Shown here: positions 1 to 13,912 of the stretch, piece by piece | How positions within the stretch are numbered: the stretch's first letter is position 1 | Layout of the letters: each line of letters opens with the position of its first letter | Source: Dimorphilus gyrociliatus | Taxonomy: Eukaryota; Animalia; Annelida | DNA length: 64,000 nt | Direction: 5' to 3' | Assembly (NCBI GenBank): GCA_904063045.1 | Contig: CAJFCJ010000003.1 | Location: forward strand, 186,001-250,000 | Program-made: the position numbers and the translations under genes | Notes under the pieces: model-generated | Databases searched by the model: none | What the model saw: only the letters and a program-made list of their open reading frames with translations | Told to the model about the DNA's origin: nothing

Positions 1-1885
1 TTAGCCTTTCGTGTCTCCTCTCTTCTCTTTCTATCACTCTATCTACTTTTCCGCCTGTTTCGTCATAGGGAAAAAATTTGTTCTTTGACCTTATGCATTT
101 GTTTCACTTTTCCAATTTTCTTTTACATTTTCCTCCTTCTCTTTTGTAGCTTCCAAATAAAATAAACAAACAAAAACAATTTCCCTACTCTCGTTCCGTT
201 GCGCATACGTTCTCGTTAATTACCTTTCACCTGTGGTTATTAATTGAGATGCTGTATGGAAATTTGAAGACATGTGCCTCCTTATTGATCATTGTTGTTT
301 TCTGAATTGATTAACACTTATTTTCTTATAAAATGGTCAATTGTAGTGTTGACAGTGACAATTTAGATTAGGAAATGTAGCATAAAAATGGAAAAACAAT
401 ACTGTTTCTTGATTGTCTTGTAGTCCAATTAACGATCTTATAGAAACTAATTAGTTTATTGAATTCAAATAATTCGGTTTTTTGTGGAGAACTTCAGAAG
501 ATAAGACCAAAAGATTAAATGATTGGTTAATACAGTTAAATACAACAACAAAACAAATAGAGGAAAAGAGAGAGGGGAGAGAGAGAGAAAGAGAGGATAA
601 TGTGAAAAGGGAAAGAGAGAAATGTAAAAGTGAGACAGAGACAGTGAAAGAAAAGTAAAGAGGGAGGGATGGAGGGAGAGAAGGAGGAAGGAAGGGAGAA
701 AGAAAACTAATTGAAAAAGTTTATTAAGAGACACTGAGTTGTTTTACTTCTTTTCTTTCTTTATTTATTTCTATCGGTAAGACATAAGAGGAGGGAAAGA
801 ATATAAATAGACAAGGTGTAAAAGCAAACACCGTGGTAATTTATACTTAAAAAACAAAATGAAAAAGGTATAGAAATGAATGGAGGGAAAGTAGGAGAGG
901 AATGGAGGGGGAGTGGGAGGAGAACTTGTGGGAGGAGAACTAGAGGAAGGAGTTAAAGGAATAAAAAATACACTACAAGAATAAGAAAATACGAATCTTT
1001 CCTATCTGTTCATGTTTTGTGAGTGTTAATGAATTGTTTACGCTTTGATCTATATATTTCATTATGTCAACGAAAAATAAGCATGTAATTAGCTATATAT
1101 TTTATAACGGAAACAAATAATCTATTTAAATTACGTTGAAAAAACAAAAAACACATATGAATAAACTATTTATTAGTAGCTCTATAAATATATATATATA
1201 TATACATATATACATATATATACAGCATAGTATACACCCTATGTTCGTTATGCAACATGTTCATACTCTTCGCTTGTCACTTGGATCGAAAGATAGATTG
1301 AAACATTGAATCAAGTATCAAAGTCAGCTAAGGTTAAAAAATATTAATAACTATAACATTTATACTAATAAAATACATATAAAAAGTCTAGTTTACTCTC
1401 CTCTTCTTCTTATTGTACCATTTTTTTTTATGTAAAATGTACCATTTTTACAAACTCCTATCCTTGCCACGCCTGTTTGTCTCGCATATTTTTCTAGTAC
1501 GTATCCTTTTCTGTTATTGATTGCCTATAGGTTTTTTTGTAGATTTTGCAAGCTGATGGAAAATTCTTGTTACAAACTGAAAAAGAAACCTTGTAGAAAA
1601 CACTACGTTAAATAGGTCGTTTATTTAAAGAGTCAGCGTTAAAGCAAACCACTGTGGCATTTGCATATTATTTGTCACCGTCTGATTGCTCGTTTTATCT
1701 ATACCGTTGCAAAAAAAGTACCGTAAATCTGCAAATACCGTTGATGCAAACATTAGTAAAGCGAAAAGAAAAAAGCAGAAGAGGAGAGAGAGAAGGAAAA
1801 GATTTCGGTTCGAATTGTGGGCCTGAGTGTGTGAAATGAAGTGAGTGAGCATGCGCACGTGTAAATGTGTGCATATACGATATAC

Positions 1886-1888
<3 letters not shown>

Positions 1889-1952
<64 letters not shown>

Positions 1953-1953
1953 A
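1889..1953. repeat. Compound (GA)n/(GAAA)n microsatellite
   Basis: Directly visible tandem repeat. Confidence 0.95.
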
Positions 1954-4900
1954 AAATACAAGAAGAACTAAAAGAAACGTCTTATCTCTTCTCTATTTAT
2001 TTGTTTGTTTGTTTGTTAATTAAGTGTAAACTAAACTCTAATCTAAAATGTAATTTGTAGAGTAAATAGGTTAGTTTTTTTATATAGTTTCATATAAATC
2101 AAAAGTTTCTCTTTCTATTATATTTACATTGACAAACATTCTTTAGGTGGTTGTTGGCAATAGGCCTATGATTCTTTTTCTTTTTCCATATAAGAAAAAT
2201 ATTTTTAGGTCGCAATAGGGCCAATAGTCAATTCAAAGTGATAAAATACAATTAGAGGGCGTCCTTTCAAATTTTCCTAACCGATTCTTCTTTAATAAGC
2301 TTAATTCTTACGAATGGAATTAGAAGGAAATTGTTCGACCTTTTCACCTTATGACAATATAAAACCTTGTATGGAACTTGGGTCTTTCCTCGGGCTCAAA
2401 CAATAGAAGTGTTTCTTCGTATAAATGTCATCTTCTTCTATCATATAAGTAAAATTTGAGTCTGTATCCAACTGGAATTCCCTGTAACGATAAAAATGAG
2501 CAATTCGGTGCTAACCTATATTTAGGTACAAGGGTATAGGTCTTCGTATTTCTTGTGCAACATTGCTCTATGTCACTTTACACTTATTGAATTTCTTAGG
2601 ATCTTAAGGATTTTTTTAATAAATATAATCCTTATCTTTTCTTTTCTATCAAGCTCCATCTCAATTGCTTATTTCTTTCAATGATACTATTAAATTAAAC
2701 GCAGGCATACAAATATCTCAATAAATAATAAATAAATATAAATGTAATATAGATCTATATACAGACAGCATATAGTTCTTTTTATCTTTCTTTCTTTCTC
2801 TCTTCCTCTCCTTCTTTCTTTCTCTCTCTCTCTCTCTCCCCTTCGCCTCCTCCCTCTTTCTTCCCTCCTCCCTATTCTCTATCTTTCTTTTCTCTCTTTC
2901 TTTCTTCCCTGCCCACCGTCTCTCCCCTCTCTTTTAAAGATTATCTCGTAGTCCTATGCAGTTGGTCGGATGACAATTTACAATATAAATATTACTAGTT
3001 AATTCGATCAACCTTGAAAAGTTGTTATTGTATTATAGAAAGCAGAAAATATAGTATTATATAAATTTCAATTTATTGTTTAATAAGTCTTATCTATGTT
3101 CTGTGTAAACAATTTCGATTAATTGATATTTGACAACCGGCTCAGTTTACTGCTGTTACTATGAATTCATTGGAAAAATTAATGAAACTTTTCTTTTCTT
3201 TCCTTTTTAAAAAATGTCATCAAATTCTTTTCTCTACTTTAGTTTGTTTTGTGTTTTTATAGAAAAATTAAAATAAAGTTGTAAATTTTTTTTTATAAAA
3301 AACAAAAGAAAAAAAAAGTTATTTTAATAGAAAGAAAGAAAGAAAGAGATAGAGAGAGAGTGAGAGAGGGGGAGGGAAAAAAATATAGAAAGAAATAAAA
3401 GAAACAAAATATTCCAAGTTGTTTTAAGTTTATTAATAATTGTCTAATCGATAGTTGTAATTGAGGACGGTGTTGTAGTAATTTTATAACAATAATAGGC
3501 TTATAAACCGTAAGTAAGAGCGCCATCGTCTACTTTTTGATGAATTCGTGCGGAAGAAGTGCTACGACAAACCGGAAGCAATGACAAAATATGGCTGAAT
3601 AGATATACAGATTGTAACAATGTTACTAGCAATGTAAAAAGAGCGTTACATAAGTTAGAAAGCCTGGTCAGTTTTTCGTCAAGTGGAACAAATTATAAAA
3701 TATATGGTAAATTTCCATTTGTACATAGAAGTTTGTCATTCTTGTCCGTCCTTAGAAAAGCCGAACAAATATAGTCTTCCTACTGAGGGAAGCCTTTTGA
3801 CTGTTAGTCATCGCAAACCTTTCTGACAATAAAATCTTCTCGCCTGGCGTTTTTCTCGTTGACTTTTATAAGAAGACAAATTTTAATAACAAAAAAGTCT
3901 TTTTCTTCTTTTCCGTCTTCCTCTAACTCTCGTTCTCTTATTTTTGCTCTTTCTCTATTTCTCTCTGTCTCTGTCTCTGTAACAGTCAGTCAGTTCTGTC
4001 TTTCTCACTCTATCTCGTTGTCTCTCTCTCTCTCTCTCTCTCTCATTCACTCTGGTAGCCCTGTCGTTGCCTTTCGATTTCTCTTTCAAAATCAGTTTAA
4101 CTTTATTTCTATCCCCTTTCTTGGCAAAGTCTACCTTATTCTATTGGTTTATTCTGGATGGTTTTCCTTACACATAGCGTCGGATTCTAATAGAATTTCG
4201 TGTCAATTTTTATATTCATTTAGAGGTTAAAAGCTCGATTGTATTCTTAACGATTTTTAAAGATACGAAGAGCAGTAAAAATATCATGCAATTCAACAAT
4301 AAAACGAAAAAAATACGCTTACTATATGCCATTATTACAAGCCGCCTTTCATGCATGTTCTTTACGTTTATATCTCTCCTTAATAGGCTTATTAATATTA
4401 ATGAGAACAAAGTGGAAGAGAGAAAAACTAATGATATTCAATGATTTTTTATTTATTTTGTGAAAGTTGACAAAAGATTTCAATTTTTCCAAATTAAAGA
4501 AAGACAGATGGAGAAGAGAGAGAAAAAGGAATGCGAGATGAGAGGGCGAGGGGAGGAAACGGGAGAGAAGGAGAGAGAGAGAGAGAGAGAGAGAGTGAAA
4601 GAATGGGGAAAGAGAAAGAAAAAAAAGACAGAAATTAAAGAAAAAAAGCAAAGAGTGTTGGGTTTGTTTTGTTGTGCTTTCGAGGTAGATTAATTAACAG
4701 TATTATTCAACTTGTAAAAAAGAATTACATATATTCATTTTAATATCTGCTAATAAAGACTTTTCTGCTTCTAAGGAGAAGGAGTGACAGATTTAATCAA
4801 TATTATAGTATCAATTTAACAGAGTCATTCTTTTTTCATGAAGCTAAACTGCAGTATTTCGTTTCAAAAAAATTAAACATTCACTACACGTTTATTAAGA

Positions 4901-4959
4901 GAAAGTTGGAATTTTTTAGAATTTTATTCTCTTTTATTGGCTTTTTTTCAGGAAGAGAT

Positions 4960-5078
4960 CGAAGAGGGGATGAGGAGAAAGAGGAGGAGAGAGAAGAGGA
5001 GGAGGAAGAAGAAGAGGAGGAAGTAGAAGAAGGGGAAGCGGAGCTAGAAGAAGAAGAAGAAGAAGAAGAAGAAGAAGA
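4960..5078. repeat. Polypurine (GAG/GAA)n low-complexity tract
   Basis: Almost all A/G, ending in (GAA)n. Produces the spurious poly-Glu ORF at 4906. Confidence 0.9.
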
Positions 5079-5751
5079 GAATTTTATATAAAAGATCTAA
5101 AAAGAAACAAAAGGTAAAAATTCTAGTATTGAAATAAACTACGTAAGAAATACAATAGGTTGTTTAATGAAATATAAAAAAAACATTCTTCTAGAACGTA
5201 TTTTTCACACCATTGTTTCAAATCTGAATGGAATAAACAATACATAAATTATTACTTTCTCTACTTATTTTTAAACATCTAAAACACACTTTTAAGCTCT
5301 CAAACATTCAAACCTACACAAATGCACCTAAACACAAGTACTGACAAATATCCATTCATCAACCACCCAACCATCCGTCCAACCATCTCTCTCTCTTCGT
5401 CCATCTATCTACCTATCTATCTATCCATCTATCTATCTACTCATCTCTCCCTTCATACATATATAGAAATACACGTACACATACACATAGTAGCATACTA
5501 TTTAACAACTACTCTACTACAAGTAACGATGTACATGTGTATGTTTACATTGAAAGAAGATACTTTTATAATCTTTCAATGAAAAAAAAATATTTTTTTT
5601 ATCCTTTTTTTTTTAAAAAAAAAATGAATATTCATTAAAAATCAACAATTACAAACTAACTAAGTGAGGAAAGAAAGATTTGTATTCTTGTGCAGGTATT
5701 GTTTTATATTTGAAGCTATAAAGCTAAGACGGTATAAATATAGTATATACA

Positions 5752-5752
<1 letters not shown>

Positions 5753-5793
<41 letters not shown>
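5753..5793. repeat. (TA)n microsatellite
   Basis: Directly visible, preceded by TACAGTA. Confidence 0.95.
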
Positions 5794-5796
<3 letters not shown>

Positions 5797-6441
5797 CAAC
5801 ATATATATTTATATTGTTTAATAGATTTTATATCTCGAGAGAAAAGTTTTTTCATGTTTTGTTTTGTTTTACATCATTTGCATAATTGTACAAAGATCGT
5901 ATTACAATTTCCATTTAAAAATCTCAGCCTTTAACTCTTTATTTTCAGTATCCATTTTTAAAAAAAATGCTTCTAAAGTCGCTATTTGATTCTTTTTAGT
6001 AAAAGTTTGTATAACAGTTTTTGTTCCTTTTTGAAAATACTCAATTATCAACCTTCTAGGCCAATATGATGGCATTAATCTTTGTCTATTTTGTGCTTAG
6101 TATTAAGTTCTTAACTTAATTAAGCCGCATGATAATTTAAGAGATAATATTGTGTAAAGACTACTGTATCTTACCAAGAAAGCCAAAATATCTCATTCAC
6201 TAATTGATAATCTCTAAAGCGATTGGATTTTTAGGCCTGAGTCTCATTTATAAAAGCTAATGTAATTATCAGAATTTATTGCTTTTAGTTACAAATTAAT
6301 AGTTTCTTTTCACGGGTAATCATTAGCATATGCGAATGCATCTTACCGATTCACTTAAGATCGATATCTATTCATTATGGCAAAATAGTAGAAAGCGAAA
6401 AATGAGTAGGGACAACGGTAGGAGAAAGAAAGGAAGAAGGT

Positions 6442-6482
6442 GACGACGACGACGACGACGACGACGATGGCGATGATGATGA
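6442..6482. repeat. (GAC)n/(GAT)n trinucleotide repeat
   Basis: gacgacgacgacgacgacgacgacgatggcgatgatgatgat. Confidence 0.9.
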
Positions 6483-7427
6483 TTGTAATGAGGACGACGA
6501 TAGAAATGAAAGAGACTGCGAGTGACAAAACAGAGAAAAGAAAGAGCAAGAGAAGAAAAATAAAAGAAAATAACCAAAATGATCTACAGTTAATTTGTTT
6601 CATGTAAAAAGAAAACCAAAATGTGGCTTTTTCTTAATTTTAGCTAGTTAATTATCAGGTGGATGGAGTTAATAAGGATTTTCCTACTCTTGAACTAAAT
6701 GGTGGCCACCGGAACAAAATTATACCAGATTTCAATCTCGTTTATCAAATTAATCGAATGCATCAGTTTACCAGTTTTTACAGAGATATTAAAAAATTAA
6801 AGGACAACAATTGAGGAATATACAGTATGTAGGATACAGAGGCAATGGTAATTTTCAATTTTAGTAGTAGAACTTTTCACTGCTTTCCCTCTATAAATTA
6901 ATTAATGTTTGAAGGCAGGTCCAATTATTATTTACTTTATTATCTTCACTTTTATTGGCGTTTTATTATGTAAAATCCTTATGAAATGTGTCAAGAATGA
7001 CAAAGGAATTGCATAATAAAGACCAGTTCTTCACTCTTATTAAGAAATATAAGATTTTGTTTAGCCTCTAAAGCACAGAAAGTGGAGATGAAAATTACTC
7101 TAATTTGCTGATTATGCTCCCCTCAGAACAATTAGATTATAAACTCATGTTGTTTACTATCAAGTTAAGAATTGCATGTAATTTAATAGTGTTATATTAT
7201 GCTCAAAAAAGTTAAACCTTTGAAATTATTAACATTTACTTCAATTGTACATCACATAACATATAAAAAAAAACTAAGGGTATTTATAGATATATATATA
7301 GATAAGTATATATAGATATGAATAGACTTGGCTTTTATATATAAATGTGCAAGTTTACGTGGCAAAAAAAATTGTTTACAGTATTACAAACAAATTATTT
7401 TAGTTATCATCAAGGAGAGAGGAAGAG

Positions 7428-7465
<38 letters not shown>

Positions 7466-8341
7466 TGCAGGGAAGGGAAAGGGCAATTTATTGCTACGAG
7501 AGAGAAATAAAAGAAAACAAACTGTTTATGTTTATATTTATGTAAACTACATAAAAAATATATATAGTAGCAAAATATTTGTGTTTATTACGTAACAAAA
7601 CATGCAAATAAAGAAAATAAACAAATTAATTATAATCATTTAAAGATTTCTACTATGGAATCGATTAAATGTTTTATCGATTGATTTCCATTCTTTTACG
7701 TATTTTCCCTTGTTTCACTTAACACAATGCTTTAAACATATTTTTCAAGCTTTTTATCAGTATATACAAAAAAAATCTGTCTATCTGTCGTTTTCAATCT
7801 CTTTCGCATTCTAGCATTCCTTTTATCTTGCGCTATCCTCTCTCTTGAATGCTAATTTCTATAACATGACCTACATTTAGCCAAAGCCGAGATAAAAACG
7901 ATGGTAATTTCTCTTCCACGACCTACATCCAAACTCTGTCGGATTGGAAATAATAAAGGAAAAGATAAAAAAAAATGATACAGAAGAAGAAGTCGTTTTG
8001 GATAAAGAGAAATAAAAAAAGAGGGAAAAGAAAGAAAAAAAAAAGAGCGAGATGAAAAAGAATAAGAGAAGGAGAGAAGAAAAGAGAAAGAGGGAGAGAG
8101 AGGTAACGGCGAAAGGTTGAATAAGTGTAGGCTGTAAGAGGATAGACAAAACTTCAATTCATTTTCAAAGTGCCTCTCTTAACCTCGGTTTATTGAGCCT
8201 AATCGTCATATCAATATCTTTGTATTTACGTTCAATTCCGATTTTTACCTTTGGGAGAGGAATTTGGCAATCCTTCCACAATTTGATCTGTAAGATATAT
8301 TTATAAAATTTTTAATGAAATGAGAATATCAAAATAATACA

Positions 8342-8638
8342 ATGCACGCACTGTCAACTATACTCGAGAAAAAGGAACTAAGTACGCGCGGTTCATTTGC
8401 ATATTACAATCAAGCGCCAACCAGAACGGCGGCAGTCTGCAATTCAGCGCCGACGGGCTATGATCATTGCAGTATGGAGGCGAAAAACGACAGCGGGAAT
8501 ACAACTACACCGGAAGAAAGTTGGAGTATTTATACGGCCGTACCATTGGGTATCTTCCTCTCCCTTTTATCTCTCGTTACTACATTCGGCAATGTGCTAG
8601 TACTCTACGCCGTCAGGACGGAAAAACGCTTGCAAACG
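8342..8638 (+). CDS. HRH1: Histamine H1-like class A GPCR, coding exon 1 (N-terminus and TM1). A second in-frame ATG at 8474 may be the real start.
   Basis: ORF ...MEAKNDSGNTTT...VPLGIFLSLLSLVTTFGNVLVLYAVRTEKRLQT has N-glycosylation sequons (NDS, NTT) and a TM1 with GN. It ends at ACG|gtcagt (phase 0, 99 codons from 8342) and joins exon 2 to give RLQTVSNMFIVSLAVADL. Confidence 0.88.
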
Positions 8639-9224
8639 GTCAGTCAGGGCTATGAAGATAGGCCTAGGCAGTTTGCCCTTTTTTTTCAATTTCCTTTTAC
8701 AAACTAGCCTGTAGGATTACTGTATATGAGTTGACGATGCATTTTTCTGTAATTTACGATTAATTACCGTCGAAAAAGGTTCGAGTGCAAACGACAGGCG
8801 AGCCTTATCGATACATTGATAGATCGATATCCTATATACATTGTGCAGTTGGTTTGCAAATAAAGATGGGGAAGAAAAAGCGGTATATCGATAGGGATAT
8901 ATAGGTGGAAATTGTCTGACTAATACAGGCTTATAGATTTCGACGGCGAAAATGTACTGTGAAGAGAGAGGCATTCAATACACTCGCAGTTTTGCACTCG
9001 ACTGCAAAATGCGGTTCTTCTTTCCACTTTACCTGCAAAATTGTACCGACGCCTTTGATTTTTTTTTTAGTTAGAGCGTTTTGCCACCCTTCCTCTATGG
9101 CAAAATACGCATAGTTCTCTGTCTCTAAATTTTTATCATTTATAATTAGTTTTGTCTTGATTTACTCATCATATACTAAACTATTGACGTTTCTATACGT
9201 CTTTTTTTCTACTATAAATAAACC

Positions 9225-9232
9225 TCTCTCTC

Positions 9233-9318
<86 letters not shown>

Positions 9319-9372
9319 TATGTATATATATTTATATATATATACTATTTATATAAGTATATATATACATAT
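9225..9372. repeat. Compound (CT)n-(TA)n microsatellite
   Basis: Directly visible. Confidence 0.9.
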
Positions 9373-12300
9373 ATTTTTGTATCGTATCTGTAATATTACA
9401 TGAGAAGAAACTATACAAAGTCATATATCTAAATATCCTTACTCATGAAAAGCCACCTAGTAAAAAAATAAAGGATAAATATATACATATTATCATGTCT
9501 TTACGTTGTTACATTTATAAATACATATATATATATATATATATATACAGTATATACAGTTTATACAGTATATATATATACGTAAACATCTACATGGGTC
9601 TGCAATGTAGTTGTTGGAGAGAGAGAAGAGCTTCCACGGATACGTATGCATGTATACACGATACATACTTTTTTATTGTATATACCATTGCACCAAATAT
9701 ATTTTTATAGTTTGTTCTATTCTATCTTAATAATTCGCGTGTATCCTTTCTACAACTACACACTATACACTATATATAGAGTATATATAGATGGCATCTT
9801 TATTTTTGCATTTATTCTTACATCAGCATATATGAAGTGCTTATAGAATACGTTACACGCTATACTCGAAAGTTAGAATATAATGCTATCAAATGCAACT
9901 AATTTAAAATGAATGAAAGAATAGAGAATACAAACAAACAAACAAACAAAGTTCTTACTACCATTTATAAATGTGAAAGAATCTCGCAGTCTTTTTTCGT
10001 TTGTATGAATCAGAGTTGCGCCAATAAAAATTCGCTTTCGCTTTGTTTCTTGTGCTTATTTTAATTAAACAATATGTAATAGTTGCATGTCACGTGGTAA
10101 TTAATTTAACTTCTTTTATAGGCGTCTTTGCTCTTATGGAAATGTTTATTTATTGTATTTGTTGAAATTTATCTCTTATCATTTTTTACAATATTAACAA
10201 AAGGAAAAAAATAACAAAAAAATCTAATGAAAGAAAAGAGAAAAGATAAAAAAAAGTGTTTTTTTTCCTAAGATAAATTGATTGATTAGTTGGAGTATTT
10301 TAACTCTTCTTGTTCACCATACGAATAGTAGGATTTAATTGATATGGCGAACATTTTTCCCCCAGCCACTCAATTCGAACTAGGTCCATTTTAGAATTTC
10401 TCTCTCACTCTCTCTCTCTCTCTTATTTTCTTACTTAACATAAATTGTATAGTTGGTTGTTTTTCCTATATTTGTGCTAATTTAGTTTTCTGTTTTTTCC
10501 CACTTTATTGACTAATGGTTGTTGGATTTCATTTTATTTATTTGCTTCAGTAAGTGTTTGTATGTGTGCATATGTATGCATCTTTGTCTATCTTCTATCC
10601 CTGTCAGCGTTTTCTATGTAGAGATGTTGGTGAAATAAAAAAGGAAAGGAGGAGAGAGAGAGAGGAAGATATATTTGTATATGTGATGCATAAGCAAATG
10701 GTTATCTTATGATAAGTTTTTTTGAATAGAGATAAAAATAGATAAAAAAAAGTTATTGTTAAAATTAAATTAATAAAAGAGAGAGTGTATTATGTTTGTT
10801 AATATTTAATATTCTCGCTTTTTATATGGTATACGTAATATATAATCAAAATAGAGAGTATAGATATCTTTCATACAAATTAATGAATAAGTGAGTTTAA
10901 AAAAAAATCATTTTTCACCTTTACACACTGCTCACTCTATATTACGGATATCACAGTACGTACATCCCATCGATACAATATTAAAAACTCAATTATTAAA
11001 TGTATCAGAGTTGATATAATCTTGATACTCTACATTAACATCGTATAAAATACCCACAATGTAGATCTCGTATATTTGTGTCTTTTTCTTTTTTTTTTGC
11101 CTCTTACTTGTACACAACAATACTATATTCATATGATTTATAAGGAAAATACATAAACGATTATGATTCTTCTTCCTTTCAATACTTTCTTTAAAGCTAC
11201 TGCAGACGCCTTTCAACTGTCTAAAATGAGGCATCGCCGATCGTTCTATTGTAGAATAAGTAAAATATAGTAGTAAATATATAATAATGCTCACATCAAA
11301 GCTTCTTAGTCGTTTTACGTTAGCTACCGTCTTTCCTTAACTTAAGAAGGAAAGAGAATCTTGTACATAATCGATTTTATAATAATCGTCTATAGTCTTT
11401 TAGTAACCTTTTTCTTACTATATATTAATAATTAACCGATATATAGGAAATATTTTTAGCTAGAATTTCGCGTCTCCGCTTTTGTTGCATAATATGTAAT
11501 TTTCTCAACTAATGAAAAGTTGGGCTAGGTTGCCTTTACCTTATATTTAAATACTTTTTTATTTCTATTTTTTCTTTCCATTTCCCCCTCTCTCACTCTC
11601 ACTCTCTTTCTCTCTTTCTTTCTTTCTTTCTTGCTCTCCTTCCAATTTTGCAGATGGATTTTCTTCCTATAGATTTACTAAGTGAAAATGAGCATCTTTA
11701 TCGTCTTAGAACGTTTTTCTTAAAATAATTTCTTTTTGTCTACTCGATCATTTTTTCTTATAGTTTTTTTCTCTTTCTTCCTCCCTTCGCCCCCTCTCCC
11801 AAACACACACACACACACTCCTCCCCTCTCTTTCTCGTGCTCTTCCTCTCTCTCTCTTTTCTTCGCATATAGCTTATGACAGAAGAGACCTCAAGTAGAT
11901 AGATAGATAGAAATCCCTCAAATAATCATAAGCATAGCAAAGCTAATTAACCACTTTATAAAATATCAACAAATTTTAACATCTTTTGTAAATATAGCGG
12001 TAATTACGAACTCGTCAGATGTCTTGGTGACATCTTTTCAGACATATTCTTATGAATATACATACAGTATTTATATATATATACTGTCTATACTGTATAC
12101 TGTATACGCATATTGTGTATTGGACATATTTATTTATAGCTATATTTATTCAGAATATCTATAGTATAGGTATATATTTAAATATACAGTATACTGTATA
12201 GATATTAAGGTTTATACTATGTACAGCGTATATTTGTATTTGTATATAAAGTGTATGTAAAGTATAGTTTGAGTATATTTATTTCTTTTGCTGCTCAGAT

Positions 12301-13194
12301 GCTTCTTTTTCTTGTATTTTACATTATATATTATATGTTTGGGTAAAGAACGGAGTTAATACACAATATTATACGTTTATGCATTATATATGGGAAGCTA
12401 AAAGTCAGCTCTGGGTATAGCTTATTAAATCTTTTATTTCTCTTTACCCTTTGGATTAAAATAATCTCATTCTAAAACTATAAACCATTCTGTTTTATTA
12501 TTGCTCATTATTCTTGTAATCGTCTTTACCTCTCAAACATCATTATGCTCTTGGTCACGGGAAACAATAGTCATTATATGTTACCTGGCTCTCCTTCTTT
12601 TCCCTTTTCTCTTTTATTTCGTTCTCTCTCTCTTTGTTTATGCATAATCTGTGATCTGTGGGGCAGAGAAGGAAAAGTATAAGTTCGCTTAGAAACAGTT
12701 GATAGATGACTTTTCCATCATTTTCATATGGTAACATTGTTAAAATGAAAGGAAAAAAGCTAAAGGAAGGTGGTAGAATCAACAAATGGTATAAGAAAAA
12801 AATACTCCCTATAACTCACATATAGGTCTAAACTCGGTCAATTTGATAGTATTGATCTTTATGGGATTTCAAGACAGATTTGTAATCAAAATGATTTATG
12901 TAAGATTTTCATAATTGATTTTTACATATTGACATATTGCGAAAAAGGTGTGAACAAATACAAGAACAAGCATGACAACTGCTACTTTCTAATCAAAAGT
13001 CTTTCAACTTTAATTAAATATTTATTTATTTATTTATTTATCTTGTTTACTGTAAAAGTCAAGTGCAAAAATTAGCTGGCAATTTTCTAGGATTATCTTA
13101 ATAATGTTTTTATTCTAATATCCTTTCTTAATTAGGGATTAAGTAATAAATATTTGCAAATAATTCTTGTTTTTTTTTTTATCTTTTACCTATT

Positions 13195-13198
13195 TTTC

Positions 13199-13233
<35 letters not shown>

Positions 13234-13286
13234 GTCTGGCTGTCTGTCTGTCTATCTGTCTGCCTGTCGGTCTGTCTGACTCTCTC

Positions 13287-13321
<35 letters not shown>
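13195..13321. repeat. Compound (TTTC)n-(CTGT)n-(CT)n microsatellite
   Basis: Directly visible. Produces the spurious ORF at 13167. Confidence 0.9.
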
Positions 13322-13324
<3 letters not shown>

Positions 13325-13789
13325 CTTTTTTTCACTCTTTCTTTCTCTTCTTTCTTCTTATTCCCTCCTTTCCTTCTTTTTCTCTGTTTGTAATCGTTTC
13401 ACCAACTTTCCCAGATTGAAATATGTCAACTAATGAGGCTGAAGCGTGTTAGTTTGTTGTTGACATTGTTTTTATTCGTATAATTATTATTTTATATTAA
13501 GGGACATCTATACGGAATGATAGAATACAATATATACGCTAATGTATAGTTTATGTGATGTTATGCGCTCTTGAAAACATTACCGGAATATTCTCAGCTA
13601 ATACCTTTTTATTAGAACGAAAAAGATAATTAGTTTTACGTTTTTCGTTACTTTTTCTTTTCTGCTGTTACTTTCTTTCTTACATTAAACCTTAATTAAG
13701 GTTTTTATTGTTAAGAGAATTAGTGTTTTAATAAACACCTTGCAAGTAAAAGATTTGATCTTATAACGAATCTTACACCATAAAAGTAA

Positions 13790-13912
13790 AGAGAGGAGAG
13801 GAGAAGAGACGAGAGGAGAGGAAAAGAGAGGAAAGGAGAGGAGAAAGGAGACGTGAGGAGGAGAAGAAAAGCGAGAAAGAGGAAGAAGAAGAAGAAGAAG
13901 AAGAAGAAGAAA
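13790..13912. repeat. Polypurine tract ending in (GAA)n
   Basis: Directly visible. Confidence 0.9.

Noticed and set aside
2349-2481. Minus-strand segment with a good acceptor (ttatcgttacag|G) and open frame EFQLDTDSNFTYMIEEDDIYTKKHFYCLSPRKDPSSIQGFILS*
   Set aside because: No recognisable homology, no phase-compatible neighbouring exon, and other frames give equally plausible short peptides.
3497-3690. Minus-strand hydrophobic frame (...LCNALFTLLVTLLQSVYLFSHILSLL...DDGALTY-G|gtttat) resembling a leader exon
   Set aside because: No in-frame ATG after the upstream stop, no convincing acceptor, and joining to the 2481 segment gives an early stop.
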